From Endomicrobiia bacterium (GTDB taxonomy: Bacteria > Elusimicrobiota > Endomicrobiia > DTEH01), in contig JBCNUU010000008.1 of NCBI GenBank assembly GCA_039630545.1, positions 1 to 41,495 of the forward strand: DNA of 41,495 bases, written 5' to 3'. Below, piece after piece: positions 17,883-27,126 of this stretch; within the stretch, counting starts at the first letter, position 1, and every line of letters starts with the position of its first letter. The position numbers were made by a program, and so were the translations under genes. Under the pieces are notes generated by a model. The model was not told where the DNA came from, made no database searches, and worked only from the letters and a program-made list of their open reading frames with translations.

Positions 17883-18562
17883 AGAAGTTTATTTTTGTTA
17901 TATTAGTAAGTTTATGTTGTAAATTTTTTTGTTTTGCTATAAATGAAATAGAAAACATAAATACTCCTACAGCAGAAATTATAGATTACGGAGTAGGAGG
18001 TTTTCATGTAAGACTTTATAGTTATGGTGGAGTTGTTACAAAATTTGTTTTTGGGCCTTTTAACCGAGTAAATTTTGGAGGAAGCATAGACATAGCGAAC
18101 TTGATAGGTTTTGAAACACCAAAAGTAAAAGATCCCGCTTTTTATTTTAAATGGCGAGTATTTGATGGTTCTAAATATTTTCCCGCTTTTGCTATTGGGT
18201 ACGATGGTCAGAGTTATAATTTTATTTCTAATGAAAGGGTATTACCTAAAGGACTATTTTTGGTTTTCACGCACAATCTTTTTTCTGCGCTGTTTTTTGA
18301 TTTTGGAGTTAATTTTACAAAGTATAGGCAAGATAATGAGCTTTTAGGGTTTTTATCTTTTAGGTTTTGTATAGAAGACATAATAAATTTCGGTATAGAA
18401 TATGAAAACATTCCAGAATCTGATATAGAACAGCTTAATTGTAAACTTTCACTTCTTTTAGGAAGAATTGTATGGATTGATTTTATTTTTCACAGATTGA
18501 ATTCTCAAACAGAAAAAATTGAAAGACAGTTGAGAATAAACTATCTATATAAATTTTTTTAA
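17879..18562 (+). CDS. Hypothetical exported protein, probable outer-membrane beta-barrel (YjbH-like)
   Basis: Signal peptide, INTPTA motif, PAFAIGYD, alternating beta-strand pattern, terminal Phe. Confidence 0.6.
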   Translation: MKKFIFVILVSLCCKFFCFAINEIENINTPTAEIIDYGVGGFHVRLYSYGGVVTKFVFGPFNRVNFGGSIDIANLIGFETPKVKDPAFYFKWRVFDGSKYFPAFAIGYDGQSYNFISNERVLPKGLFLVFTHNLFSALFFDFGVNFTKYRQDNELLGFLSFRFCIEDIINFGIEYENIPESDIEQLNCKLSLLLGRIVWIDFIFHRLNSQTEKIERQLRINYLYKFF

Positions 18563-18567
18563 ACAAT

Positions 18568-19539
18568 ATGGCAGAGTATTATTTAGAATTTGAAAAACCC
18601 ATAGAAGAGCTTGAAAAACAGATAGAGAAACTCCAGCAATCCGCAGTTATTAACGAAGAAATAAAACAGCAGATTTTAGAACTCCAGGAAAGATGTAAAA
18701 ATTTAAAGAAGGAGATCTATGCAAACTTGACTCCAGCACAAAAAGTGCTTATAGCTAGACATCCACAAAGGCCATACTCTAAAGATTATATTATGAATAT
18801 TTTTACTAACTTTGTAGAATTACATGGAGATAGATGTTTTGGAGATGATAAATCTACGTTATGTGGATTTGGAGAATTAAAAATAGATAGTGAAAAAAAT
18901 ATTGTATGTGCTTTAATTGGACATCAAAAAGGACGTACTTTAGAGGAAAATCTAACATTTAATTTTGGTATGTCGCATCCAGAAGGATATAGAAAAGCTC
19001 TAAGAGTAATGAAACTTGCTGAAAGATTTTGTATGCCTGTTATAACTTTTATAGATACACCTGGAGCCTATCCCGGAATTGGTGCAGAGGAAAGAGGACA
19101 GGCAGAAGCTATAGCAAAAAATCTTTATGAGATGTCACAGATTACAGTTCCTATTATTTGTATAATTATAGGTGAGGGTGGATCCGGAGGTGCTTTGGGA
19201 ATTGGTGTGGGAGATAGAATTCTTATGTTAGAAAATGCTTACTACTCTGTAATTTCTCCTGAGGGATGTGCTTCTATACTATTTAGAGATGCTTCTAGAT
19301 GGCAAGAAGCTGCCGAAGCGTTGAAACTTACGGCGAGGGATTTATTTGATTTAGGAATAATAGATGAGATAATTCCAGAACCTCCTGGAGGTGCTCATAA
19401 AGATGTTAATTTTGCAATAGAAAGCGTTAAAAAGTCAATTATTAAAAATTTAATGGAACTTTTAGAAATAAATAAAAAAGATTTGTTGAAACAGAGGTAT
19501 AAAAAATATAGAAAAATAGGTAAGTTCAAAATTTTATAA
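18568..19539 (+). CDS. accA: Acetyl-CoA carboxylase carboxyltransferase alpha subunit
   Basis: LEFEKPI, ARHPQRP, ELHGDR, PEGYRKALR, DTPGAYPGIGAEERGQ, GEGGSGGALG, YSVISPEGC. Confidence 0.97.
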   Translation: MAEYYLEFEKPIEELEKQIEKLQQSAVINEEIKQQILELQERCKNLKKEIYANLTPAQKVLIARHPQRPYSKDYIMNIFTNFVELHGDRCFGDDKSTLCGFGELKIDSEKNIVCALIGHQKGRTLEENLTFNFGMSHPEGYRKALRVMKLAERFCMPVITFIDTPGAYPGIGAEERGQAEAIAKNLYEMSQITVPIICIIIGEGGSGGALGIGVGDRILMLENAYYSVISPEGCASILFRDASRWQEAAEALKLTARDLFDLGIIDEIIPEPPGGAHKDVNFAIESVKKSIIKNLMELLEINKKDLLKQRYKKYRKIGKFKIL

Positions 19540-19583
19540 TTTTATATTAGAATATATAAAAATATCTTTATCAGGAGGATCTT

Positions 19584-20276
19584 ATGAGTAAACGGCTAGC
19601 TGAGGCTGCAAAAAAAATTGATAAAAATAAGTTATACACTTTAAGAGAAGCAATAGAACTGCTAAAAGAAATTAAAAAAACAAAATTTGATGAGACTGTA
19701 GAGGTTCATGTAAATTTAGGTATAGATCCAAAACAATCTACACAAACAGTAAGAGGCGCAGTTGTTCTGCCGCACGGGACTGGCAAAAAAGTAAAGGTGT
19801 GTGTTTTAGCTAAAGGAGAAAAGTTAAAAGAAGCTGAACAAAGTGGTGCTGAATATTATGGTGCAGAAGAACTTGTAGAAAAAATAGCAAAAGGATGGAT
19901 TGATTTTGATGTACTTATTGCCACACCGGATATGATGAAAGATATCGCTAAACTTGGAAAAATTTTAGGCCCAAAAGGATTAATGCCTAATCCAAAAACA
20001 GGTACTGTTACCACTGAAATTATTAAAACTGTTGAAGAGGTAAAAAAAGGTAGGGTTGAGTTTAGAAATGACAGTTCAGGAATAATCCATTGTGGTGTTG
20101 GCAAGATTTCTTTTGAGACAGAAAAACTAATAGAAAATATCATGGCTTTGATTGATATGATTATTAAATTAAAACCTCCTCAAACTAAAGGTTTATATAT
20201 AAGAGATATTTATATTACAACAACTATGAGCCCGTCTATAAAAATAGATCCTTCTGAATTTTCTAAAAAGAAATAA
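19584..20276 (+). CDS. rplA: 50S ribosomal protein L1
   Basis: [42 protein letters not shown]. Confidence 0.97.
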   Translation: MSKRLAEAAKKIDKNKLYTLREAIELLKEIKKTKFDETVEVHVNLGIDPKQSTQTVRGAVVLPHGTGKKVKVCVLAKGEKLKEAEQSGAEYYGAEELVEKIAKGWIDFDVLIATPDMMKDIAKLGKILGPKGLMPNPKTGTVTTEIIKTVEEVKKGRVEFRNDSSGIIHCGVGKISFETEKLIENIMALIDMIIKLKPPQTKGLYIRDIYITTTMSPSIKIDPSEFSKKK

Positions 20277-20321
20277 ACTTTTAGTAGTTTTTTATTTTTT
20301 ACTAAACTCTAAGAAAATAAA

Positions 20322-21152
20322 ATGGACACAACTGTTGGTTTAATAGGAGCTGGCAATATAAGTAATGTGATTTTGGGCTTTGATGAATTTAGAATTTTTA
20401 AAAATATATGCATATACGATATAAATTCCGACAATGTAGAAAAACTTATAAATAAATTTAAAAAAAATTATAGTTTTAAAGTTTGTAGCTCTCTAGAAGA
20501 GATTCTAATTAGTTCTGATATAATAGTAGAAGTAGCTTCAATAACTGCGGTAGATGAAATTTTTAAATTTTTAAAGGACAAAAAGTTTTTAAAGACAAAA
20601 GTTTTTATTATACTTTCTGTTGGAGGTATTTTAAAAAATTTTAATTTATACAAAAAATTTAAATCTTTAGGTTATAGAATTTATATCCCCTCAGGTGCCA
20701 TAGCAGGTTGTGATGCTTTGGATGCTTTGAGATTTTCTAAAATAAAACATATCAATCTTATCACAACAAAACCTTCTGAAACATTAATAAATTCCGATTA
20801 TGTTTTGAAAAATCAGAAATTATATAAAAAGATGTTAAGGAGCCTAAGATGTATAGTTTATAAAGGCAATGTATATGAAGCAGTTAAATATTTTCCTCAG
20901 AACATAAATGTGGCAGCTACTTTAGCAGTAGTAAGCGAAGCACCACAGAAAATAAAAGTTGTAATTATAGCAGACAAAAAAATAAAAAGAAACATTCACG
21001 AGATAAAGATAGTATCTTCTATAGGAGAAATTTATATAAAGGTTGAAAACATACCATCTCCTTATAATCCTAAAACTAGCTACCTAGCTGCGTTGTCAAC
21101 ATTGTCAACGATTCTTCGAGTAAGTAATTTATTTACTTTAAAAAGCAGATAA
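20322..21152 (+). CDS. nadX: L-aspartate dehydrogenase (NadX/DUF108)
   Basis: GLIGAGNI, VEVAS, LSVGG, IPSGAIAGCD, FPQNINVAA, NIHEI, NIPSPYNPKTSYLAALS. Confidence 0.9.
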   Translation: MDTTVGLIGAGNISNVILGFDEFRIFKNICIYDINSDNVEKLINKFKKNYSFKVCSSLEEILISSDIIVEVASITAVDEIFKFLKDKKFLKTKVFIILSVGGILKNFNLYKKFKSLGYRIYIPSGAIAGCDALDALRFSKIKHINLITTKPSETLINSDYVLKNQKLYKKMLRSLRCIVYKGNVYEAVKYFPQNINVAATLAVVSEAPQKIKVVIIADKKIKRNIHEIKIVSSIGEIYIKVENIPSPYNPKTSYLAALSTLSTILRVSNLFTLKSR

Positions 21153-21201
21153 AAACTCTGCTTAAAAATTTTTCAAGGAGTTATTGCTAAGAAAAATTAA
21201 A

Positions 21202-21503
21202 ACCCAATCCACAAAAACAGTTGAGTGTAATAATTATTGAATTAGTAGATGCATCATTTTTATAAAGATAAGCGGATGAATTAACAAAAATAATTATTTA
21301 CTTTTTAAATTTTTGTGGTAAGCAAAATACTATTGCAAAAAATACATTGAAACTATCCTGGTAGGAGTTGCTTAAGAAGTAGCAAGCAATAGATGATTTT
21401 GTAGTAATAGTTTAAGTTTACTCAAAATAGGACATCCACTTAAAGGACATATAAAGTTTCCTATCAAGGTATGTGGTTTGGGTGTTTACTTTATTTTCAA
21501 ACA
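21202..21503. ncRNA. Candidate ~300-nt structured non-coding RNA, family not recognised
   Basis: No ORF in the track for this interval, which has several nested complementary segments (see findings). Strand uncertain. Confidence 0.4.
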
Positions 21504-21609
21504 CAAATCTATTATTAACCTAGTTAGTTTTAAATATCAACTGTTAGTTTTTATTTTTAAAAAGTTGACTTTTAAAATAAGTTTTAGTACATAAAAATTT
21601 ATAAAATAT

Positions 21610-21694
21610 GGGCAGGTGGCGGAGTGGACAATCGCAGCAGACTGTAAATCTGCCGTCCGTTGGGACTACGTAGGTTCGAATCCTACCCTGCCCA
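21610..21694 (+). tRNA. tRNA-Tyr (GTA), CCA not encoded
   Basis: Acceptor GGGCAGG/CCTGCCC, anticodon arm GCAGA-CTGTAAA-TCTGC, long variable arm, GGTTCGAATCC T-arm. Confidence 0.96.
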
Positions 21695-21707
21695 AAAAGT
21701 AAATTTT

Positions 21708-21780
21708 GCGGGAGTAGTTCAGTTGGTAGAACATCTGCCTTCCAAGCAGAATGTCGCGGGTTCGAGTCCCGTCTCCCGCT
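21708..21780 (+). tRNA. tRNA-Gly (TCC), CCA not encoded
   Basis: Acceptor GCGGGAG/CTCCCGC, anticodon arm TCTGC-CTTCCAA-GCAGA, GGTTCGAGTCC T-arm. Confidence 0.96.
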
Positions 21781-21791
21781 TTTTTAATTAA

Positions 21792-22001
21792 ATGAAAAAT
21801 ATAAAATGTTCTGTATGTGGAACAGAAAACAAAGAAGGAGTTAAATATTGCAGAATTTGTTTTTCAAGGTTATCTTCCTTTTATTATAAAACTTCATTAA
21901 AAACGGATTTTTATTCAACAAAGATAATAAAGCACAAAAATGTTTTTTCATGGATGTTAATTTTATTATTGATTTTTATAATATTTATGTTAATAAATTA
22001 A
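21792..22001 (+). CDS. Small zinc-ribbon protein with C-terminal transmembrane helix
   Basis: CSVCGTEN.....YCRIC (two CxxC) and hydrophobic tail WMLILLLIFIIFMLIN. Confidence 0.7.
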   Translation: MKNIKCSVCGTENKEGVKYCRICFSRLSSFYYKTSLKTDFYSTKIIKHKNVFSWMLILLLIFIIFMLIN

Positions 22002-22020
22002 TTTTTGTAAAAAAATAAAA

Positions 22021-22782
22021 ATGAAAAGAAAACCTTTAATAGCTGCTAACTGGAAGATGCATAAAACTACTAAAGAAACAAAAGAGTTTATTGAAAAGTT
22101 TTTATCTTTAGTAATAGATATAAAAGATAGAGATATAGTGTTATGCCCTCCTTTTACAAGTTTATATTTGGCTTCACAAATGTTACATAATACAAATGTT
22201 AAACTTGGTGCTCAAAATATGTACATAGAAGAAAAAGGTGCTTTTACAGGTGAGGTAAGTGTTTTGATGTTGAAAGATTCTGGTTGTGAGTATGTGATTT
22301 TAGGACACTCAGAGAGAAGAAAATATTTTTGTGAGACAGATGAGTTTATAAATAAAAAAGTACTTTTAGCACTAAAGCATGGCCTTACTCCAATAGTGTG
22401 TGTAGGTGAAACCCTGCAAGAAAGAGAAGAAAACAAGACATTTCAAGTTCTTGAATATCAAATAACACATTCGTTGGATAATTTAAAAAATGATGAACCA
22501 CACAGAGTTGTTATTGCTTACGAACCCGTATGGGCGATAGGTACAGGCAAAAATGCTACACCACAACAAGCTGAGGAAGCGCAGAGTTTTATTAGAGAAA
22601 AATATGCTCAGATGTATGGTAAAGAAAATTCTCAAAAAATAAGAATTTTATATGGAGGTTCAATTAAACCTGAGAATTTTAAAGATATAATGGCTCAAGA
22701 AAATGTTGATGGTGGACTTGTGGGTGGTGCTTCTTTAGATCCCGAGAGTTTTTTCAAAATTGTATTATTTGATAGACAATAA
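22021..22782 (+). CDS. tpiA: Triosephosphate isomerase
   Basis: ANWKM, GAFTGEVS, GHSERR, AYEPVWAIGTG, LYGGS, LVGGASL. Confidence 0.98.
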   Translation: MKRKPLIAANWKMHKTTKETKEFIEKFLSLVIDIKDRDIVLCPPFTSLYLASQMLHNTNVKLGAQNMYIEEKGAFTGEVSVLMLKDSGCEYVILGHSERRKYFCETDEFINKKVLLALKHGLTPIVCVGETLQEREENKTFQVLEYQITHSLDNLKNDEPHRVVIAYEPVWAIGTGKNATPQQAEEAQSFIREKYAQMYGKENSQKIRILYGGSIKPENFKDIMAQENVDGGLVGGASLDPESFFKIVLFDRQ

Positions 22783-22808
22783 AAAATTTTAATTTTTAAC
22801 ATATAAAA

Positions 22809-24038
22809 ATGCCAAAGTATACCTATAAAATAAGAACTCCTGCCGGTAAAGTTCTCACTGGAGAGATAGAAGCTCCTACTCAAAGAGAGGCTATTGACAG
22901 ACTTAAAAACATGAAGTATGTAGTTGTGGAGATAAAAGAATATAAAGAAAAAACTTTAAAAACTTTTCTTTCAAAAATATCTCCTTTCAGGGGAAAAATA
23001 AAATCTTCTGATTTGACTATATTTTCAAGACAACTTGCTACTTTGGTGTCTTCTGGAGTCCCATTAGTTCAAGGATTGTCTATTTTAGAAGAACAGTTTG
23101 AATCAGTAGTATTTAAAAATATAATAAAGGCTGTAAGAACAGATATTGAAAGCGGTGTCTCTATTTCAGAAGCTATGAAAAAACATCCTAAGGCTTTTTC
23201 TGAACTTTATGTTGGGATGATACATGCAGGAGAGGTTGGAGGTATTCTTGATCAGGTGTTGGATAGGCTTTCTTCATATCTTGAGTCTGCGGAAGAACTT
23301 AAAGCAAAAATAAAAGGTGCCATGATGTATCCTATAATAGTTTCCGTAGTAGCTGTGGGTGCTGCTGTTATAATGTTGACAGTTGTGGTTCCAAGATTTG
23401 CGGCGTTGTTTTTAGAAATGGGTGCACAGCTTCCTGCTCCTACTCAGATGCTAATTAATCTTTCTAATTTTGTAAAAAAATGGATATGGTTGTTTATAGT
23501 ATTGGGAATATTAGGGTTTGCTATATTTAGAAGGATTTATTCTACAAATCCTAAGTTTGCTTTAAAGGTTGATAGTTTACTTCTTAAAGCTCCCATAATA
23601 GGCGGTGTTATTCAGAAAACAGCAATAGCTAAATTTACAAGGACACTTGGCACTTTAGTAAAGTCAGGAGTTCCCATACTTCAGGCATTAGAAACTGTAG
23701 CAAAAACCGCCGGCAACAAACTTATAGAAAAAGTAATAATGGAAGCACGACAATCTATTAGGGAAGGAGAAAGAATTTCGGAACCTCTTAAAAAAAGTCA
23801 AGTTTTTCCACCAATGGTAATCCAGATGATATCTGTTGGAGAAGAAACAGGTGCTTTAGATACAATGCTTACAAAAATTGCTGATTTTTATGATAGAGAA
23901 GTCTCTGCTGCTATAGAGGGATTGACTGGTATGATAGAACCCTTAATAATTGTATTTCTTGGAGTTGTGGTGGGTGGGATGGTTGTAGCTATGTATCTTC
24001 CTATGTTTGAAATTACAAGTAAAATGGCTGGAGGGTAA
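22809..24038 (+). CDS. pilC: Type IV pilus/T2SS inner-membrane platform protein (PilC/GspF)
   Basis: FSRQLATLVSSGVPL, AGEVGGILD, AMMYP, FTRTLGTLVKSGVPIL, VGEETGALD, IEPLIIVFLG, AMYLPMF. Confidence 0.93.
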   Translation: MPKYTYKIRTPAGKVLTGEIEAPTQREAIDRLKNMKYVVVEIKEYKEKTLKTFLSKISPFRGKIKSSDLTIFSRQLATLVSSGVPLVQGLSILEEQFESVVFKNIIKAVRTDIESGVSISEAMKKHPKAFSELYVGMIHAGEVGGILDQVLDRLSSYLESAEELKAKIKGAMMYPIIVSVVAVGAAVIMLTVVVPRFAALFLEMGAQLPAPTQMLINLSNFVKKWIWLFIVLGILGFAIFRRIYSTNPKFALKVDSLLLKAPIIGGVIQKTAIAKFTRTLGTLVKSGVPILQALETVAKTAGNKLIEKVIMEARQSIREGERISEPLKKSQVFPPMVIQMISVGEETGALDTMLTKIADFYDREVSAAIEGLTGMIEPLIIVFLGVVVGGMVVAMYLPMFEITSKMAGG

Positions 24039-24060
24039 TCTTGTTTAAGGGAAGGAGAGG

Positions 24061-24459
24061 ATAAGAACTATAAAGAAAAGAAAATTTAAAAACCTATCTT
24101 CACTAAAACTTGCAAAGTATATAGCATCTCTTTCCTCAAGAAAAAAAGCAGAAGATGTTGTAGTTATTGATCTTAAAAAAATATGTAGTTTTTGTGATTA
24201 TTTTGTTATAATGACAGGTTTAGCTGACACTCATATTAAAAGTTTAACTGAAAATATAGCTTTGTCTGTAAAAAAAGAATTTGGAAGAATTCCACATCAT
24301 ATTGAAGGTGAAAACTTTAACAGGTGGGTAATTATTGACTATATAGATGTAGTTGTTCATATTATGAATAAGGACGCAAGAGAGTTTTATGCGTTAGAAA
24401 AAATATGGTCTAAAGGTAAAATTGTTGATTATGAAAGAAAAATTAAAAAAAGTGTTTGA
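24061..24459 (+). CDS. rsfS: Ribosome silencing factor RsfS (Iojap); start codon apparently non-canonical (ATA)
   Basis: Conserved KKAEDVVVIDL....FCDYFVIMTG begins upstream of the ORF-track ATG (24211); WVIIDY.DVVVHIM....REFYALEKIW. In-frame stop at 24046-24048 and no ATG/GTG/TTG before 24211. Confidence 0.88.
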   Translation: MRTIKKRKFKNLSSLKLAKYIASLSSRKKAEDVVVIDLKKICSFCDYFVIMTGLADTHIKSLTENIALSVKKEFGRIPHHIEGENFNRWVIIDYIDVVVHIMNKDAREFYALEKIWSKGKIVDYERKIKKSV

Positions 24460-26110
24460 TGAAATTTTGAAACTTTTAGATTTTGAGACTATAGATTTTG
24501 AAATAAAACAACCTCCTTTTCATATAAATTTTGAGTTTGCCACAAATCTACCGATATTGCTTTCCAGCAAATACAGGTTGTCTTCACAGGAAGTATTTGG
24601 AAAAATCAAGCAGGAAATAGAAAAAAATTTTAAAGATATTTTTTCAAAAATTGATTTTTCTTTGCCGGGATTTTTAAATTTTGATTTAAATAAAAATTTT
24701 TATTTTGAAGAAATAAAAATAATTTTAACTGAAAAAGAAAATTACCCTGTATTAGATATTTATAAAAATGAAAAAGTATTGTTTGAGTTTGTATCAGCTA
24801 ATCCTACAGGTCCTCTTCATATAGGCCATGGAAGATGTGCTGTTTTAGGAGATGTTTTAGGAAATATCTTTAAAAAGTTGGGTTGCATAGTAGAAAAAGA
24901 ATACTACATAAATGATAGAGGCAAACAGATAGATATTCTTGTTGGCTCTATAATAGAGACAATAATAGAAAATAATTTAATAGAAGTAGAAGCAAAAGTT
25001 CATGAGTGGAGCAAGAAAGTTTTATGTGAATCCAGATATAAAGGTGATTATATTAAAGAATTTGCATATAAAATTGTAAAGTTTTTTAATAAAATCACTT
25101 TAGAAAATCTTGAAGATGTAAAGAGTAAAATTATTAGTTTAATGATGATAGACATTAAAAAAACTTTAGAAAAAGCAAAGGTATATTTTGACAATTTTGT
25201 AAGTGAAAATTCTCTCTACAGGAATGATATCAGTTCTAAAGTAAAGAAAATTCTTGAAGAGTATATAGAACAAAAAGATAATGCTTTGTGGATGAAATCT
25301 CGACAGTTTGGTGATGATAAGGATAGAGTAATTATAAAGTCTGATGGACAGCCAACATATTTTTTTAGCGACATATTATATCACTATCAAAAAATTATTA
25401 GAGGTTATAGTTGGCTTGTGAACATATGGGGTGCAGATCATCATGGTTATGTAGAGAGATTAAAATCTGCAGTAGAAGTGATTTCTCAAAAATTAAACAA
25501 AAATGTGAAATTAGATATAATTTTATACCAACTTGTGTCTCTGATAAAACAAAATCAAAGAATATCTATGTCAACAAGAGAAGGTAAGTTTATTAGTTTA
25601 GATGAAGTTCTAAATGATGTTGGTGTTGATGTGTGTAGATTTTTTTTGCTTACAAAATCACCGGATACTCACCTTGATTTTGATATTGAATTAGCAAAGG
25701 AACATTCTCTTAATAATCCTGTTTATTATATTCAGTATGCCCATACAAGATGTGTGGGAATATTAAATGAGGCACAAAAGATACTAAATAACTTTTCAAT
25801 TGAAGAAAAATTTGAAGAGTTTAAAAAATATATATTTAGTCTAAACAGCGACTCTCATGAATTTAAGTTGATAAAAACTTTGTGTATCTATCCAGATGTT
25901 CTTATGGATTCAGCAAAAGATTTTTCTCCTCATTATTTGTGTAACTATCTTATAGATCTATCCAGAGTATTCCATAAATTCTATGAAACATCCAGAGTTG
26001 TAGAAAAAAATAATATACACTTTGGTAGGTTGCTTTTAGTTTTGGCTACAAAAATTATTCTTTATAATTCTCTTTCTATTTTAAATATTGAAGCTCCACA
26101 AAAAATGTAA
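24431..26110 (+). CDS. argS: Arginine-tRNA ligase
   Basis: EFVSANPTGPLHIGHGR (HIGH), EYYINDRG, DDKDRV..KSDG..TYF, WGADHHGYV, MSTREG, NPVYYIQYAHTR, APQKM. Confidence 0.97.
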   Translation: MKEKLKKVFDEILKLLDFETIDFEIKQPPFHINFEFATNLPILLSSKYRLSSQEVFGKIKQEIEKNFKDIFSKIDFSLPGFLNFDLNKNFYFEEIKIILTEKENYPVLDIYKNEKVLFEFVSANPTGPLHIGHGRCAVLGDVLGNIFKKLGCIVEKEYYINDRGKQIDILVGSIIETIIENNLIEVEAKVHEWSKKVLCESRYKGDYIKEFAYKIVKFFNKITLENLEDVKSKIISLMMIDIKKTLEKAKVYFDNFVSENSLYRNDISSKVKKILEEYIEQKDNALWMKSRQFGDDKDRVIIKSDGQPTYFFSDILYHYQKIIRGYSWLVNIWGADHHGYVERLKSAVEVISQKLNKNVKLDIILYQLVSLIKQNQRISMSTREGKFISLDEVLNDVGVDVCRFFLLTKSPDTHLDFDIELAKEHSLNNPVYYIQYAHTRCVGILNEAQKILNNFSIEEKFEEFKKYIFSLNSDSHEFKLIKTLCIYPDVLMDSAKDFSPHYLCNYLIDLSRVFHKFYETSRVVEKNNIHFGRLLLVLATKIILYNSLSILNIEAPQKM

Positions 26111-26127
26111 TTTAAGAAGGAAATAAA

Positions 26128-27126
26128 ATGAAAAAGACAGATGTGGAATATGTAGAAGAAATAATTAAAAAGTTTAACTTAATAATAAAAGAAATTGAAA
26201 AAAAAATAGTTGGTCAGAAACAAGTGATAAAAGAACTTTTAATTTCTATTCTTTCCAGAGGCCATTGTTTAATAGTTGGAGTTCCGGGTTTAGCAAAAAC
26301 AATGATAGTTCATACTATTTCTGAAGTGATGGATTTGAAGTTTAACAGAATCCAGTTTACTCCAGATCTTATGCCTTCCGATATTACAGGTACAGAAGTA
26401 ATAGAAGAGGATCCTTTGACTAAAAAAAGAAATTATAGATTTATTCCTGGCCCGATATTTGCAAATATTATACTTGCTGATGAAATAAACAGAACCCCCC
26501 CTAAAACACAATCTGCGCTTCTTCAAGCTATGCAGGAATATAAGGTTACAGTAAATGGAGTAACTTATGAGTTACCTTTACCTTTTATCGTATTGGCTAC
26601 ACAAAATCCCATAGAGCAAGAAGGAACTTATCCTTTACCTGAAGCTCAACTTGATAGGTTCTTTTTTCAGATAAACATTGATTATCCTTCAAAGGAAGAA
26701 GAAAAAGAAATTCTTTTTAGAACCACAGGTACATATGAAGCAGAAATAAAAAAAGTTGTCTCTAAAGAAGAGATTCTTGAGTTTCAGTCATTTATAAGAA
26801 AAGTACCAATCAGTGAATATGTGATAAGTTACATAATAGATTTGGTAAGAAGCACAAGACCTAAAGAAGAAGCTAGTTTTGATTTTGTTAAGAAATATGT
26901 ACAATGGGGTTGTGGACCAAGAGCTGAACAGACTTTGGTTGTAGCTTCAAAAGCAAATGCGTTGCTTAATGGTGAATATTCTGTTAGCATTGATGATGTA
27001 AATGAGGTTGTGTTGCCGTCTTTAAGACACAGAATCATTTTGAACTATCAAGCAGTAGCTGAAGCAATTACGCCAGATAAAATAATTACACATATAGTTG
27101 AACATCTAAAAGATAAATATAAATGA
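26128..27126 (+). CDS. moxR: MoxR family AAA+ ATPase
   Basis: GVPGLAKT, RIQFTPDLMPSDITG, LADEINRTPPKTQSALLQAMQE, ATQNPIEQEGTYPLPEAQLDRF. Confidence 0.95.
   Translation: MKKTDVEYVEEIIKKFNLIIKEIEKKIVGQKQVIKELLISILSRGHCLIVGVPGLAKTMIVHTISEVMDLKFNRIQFTPDLMPSDITGTEVIEEDPLTKKRNYRFIPGPIFANIILADEINRTPPKTQSALLQAMQEYKVTVNGVTYELPLPFIVLATQNPIEQEGTYPLPEAQLDRFFFQINIDYPSKEEEKEILFRTTGTYEAEIKKVVSKEEILEFQSFIRKVPISEYVISYIIDLVRSTRPKEEASFDFVKKYVQWGCGPRAEQTLVVASKANALLNGEYSVSIDDVNEVVLPSLRHRIILNYQAVAEAITPDKIITHIVEHLKDKYK

Noticed and set aside
21610..21780. tRNA genes as prophage/island attachment site
   Set aside because: No integrase and no duplicated tRNA 3' end noticed in the window.
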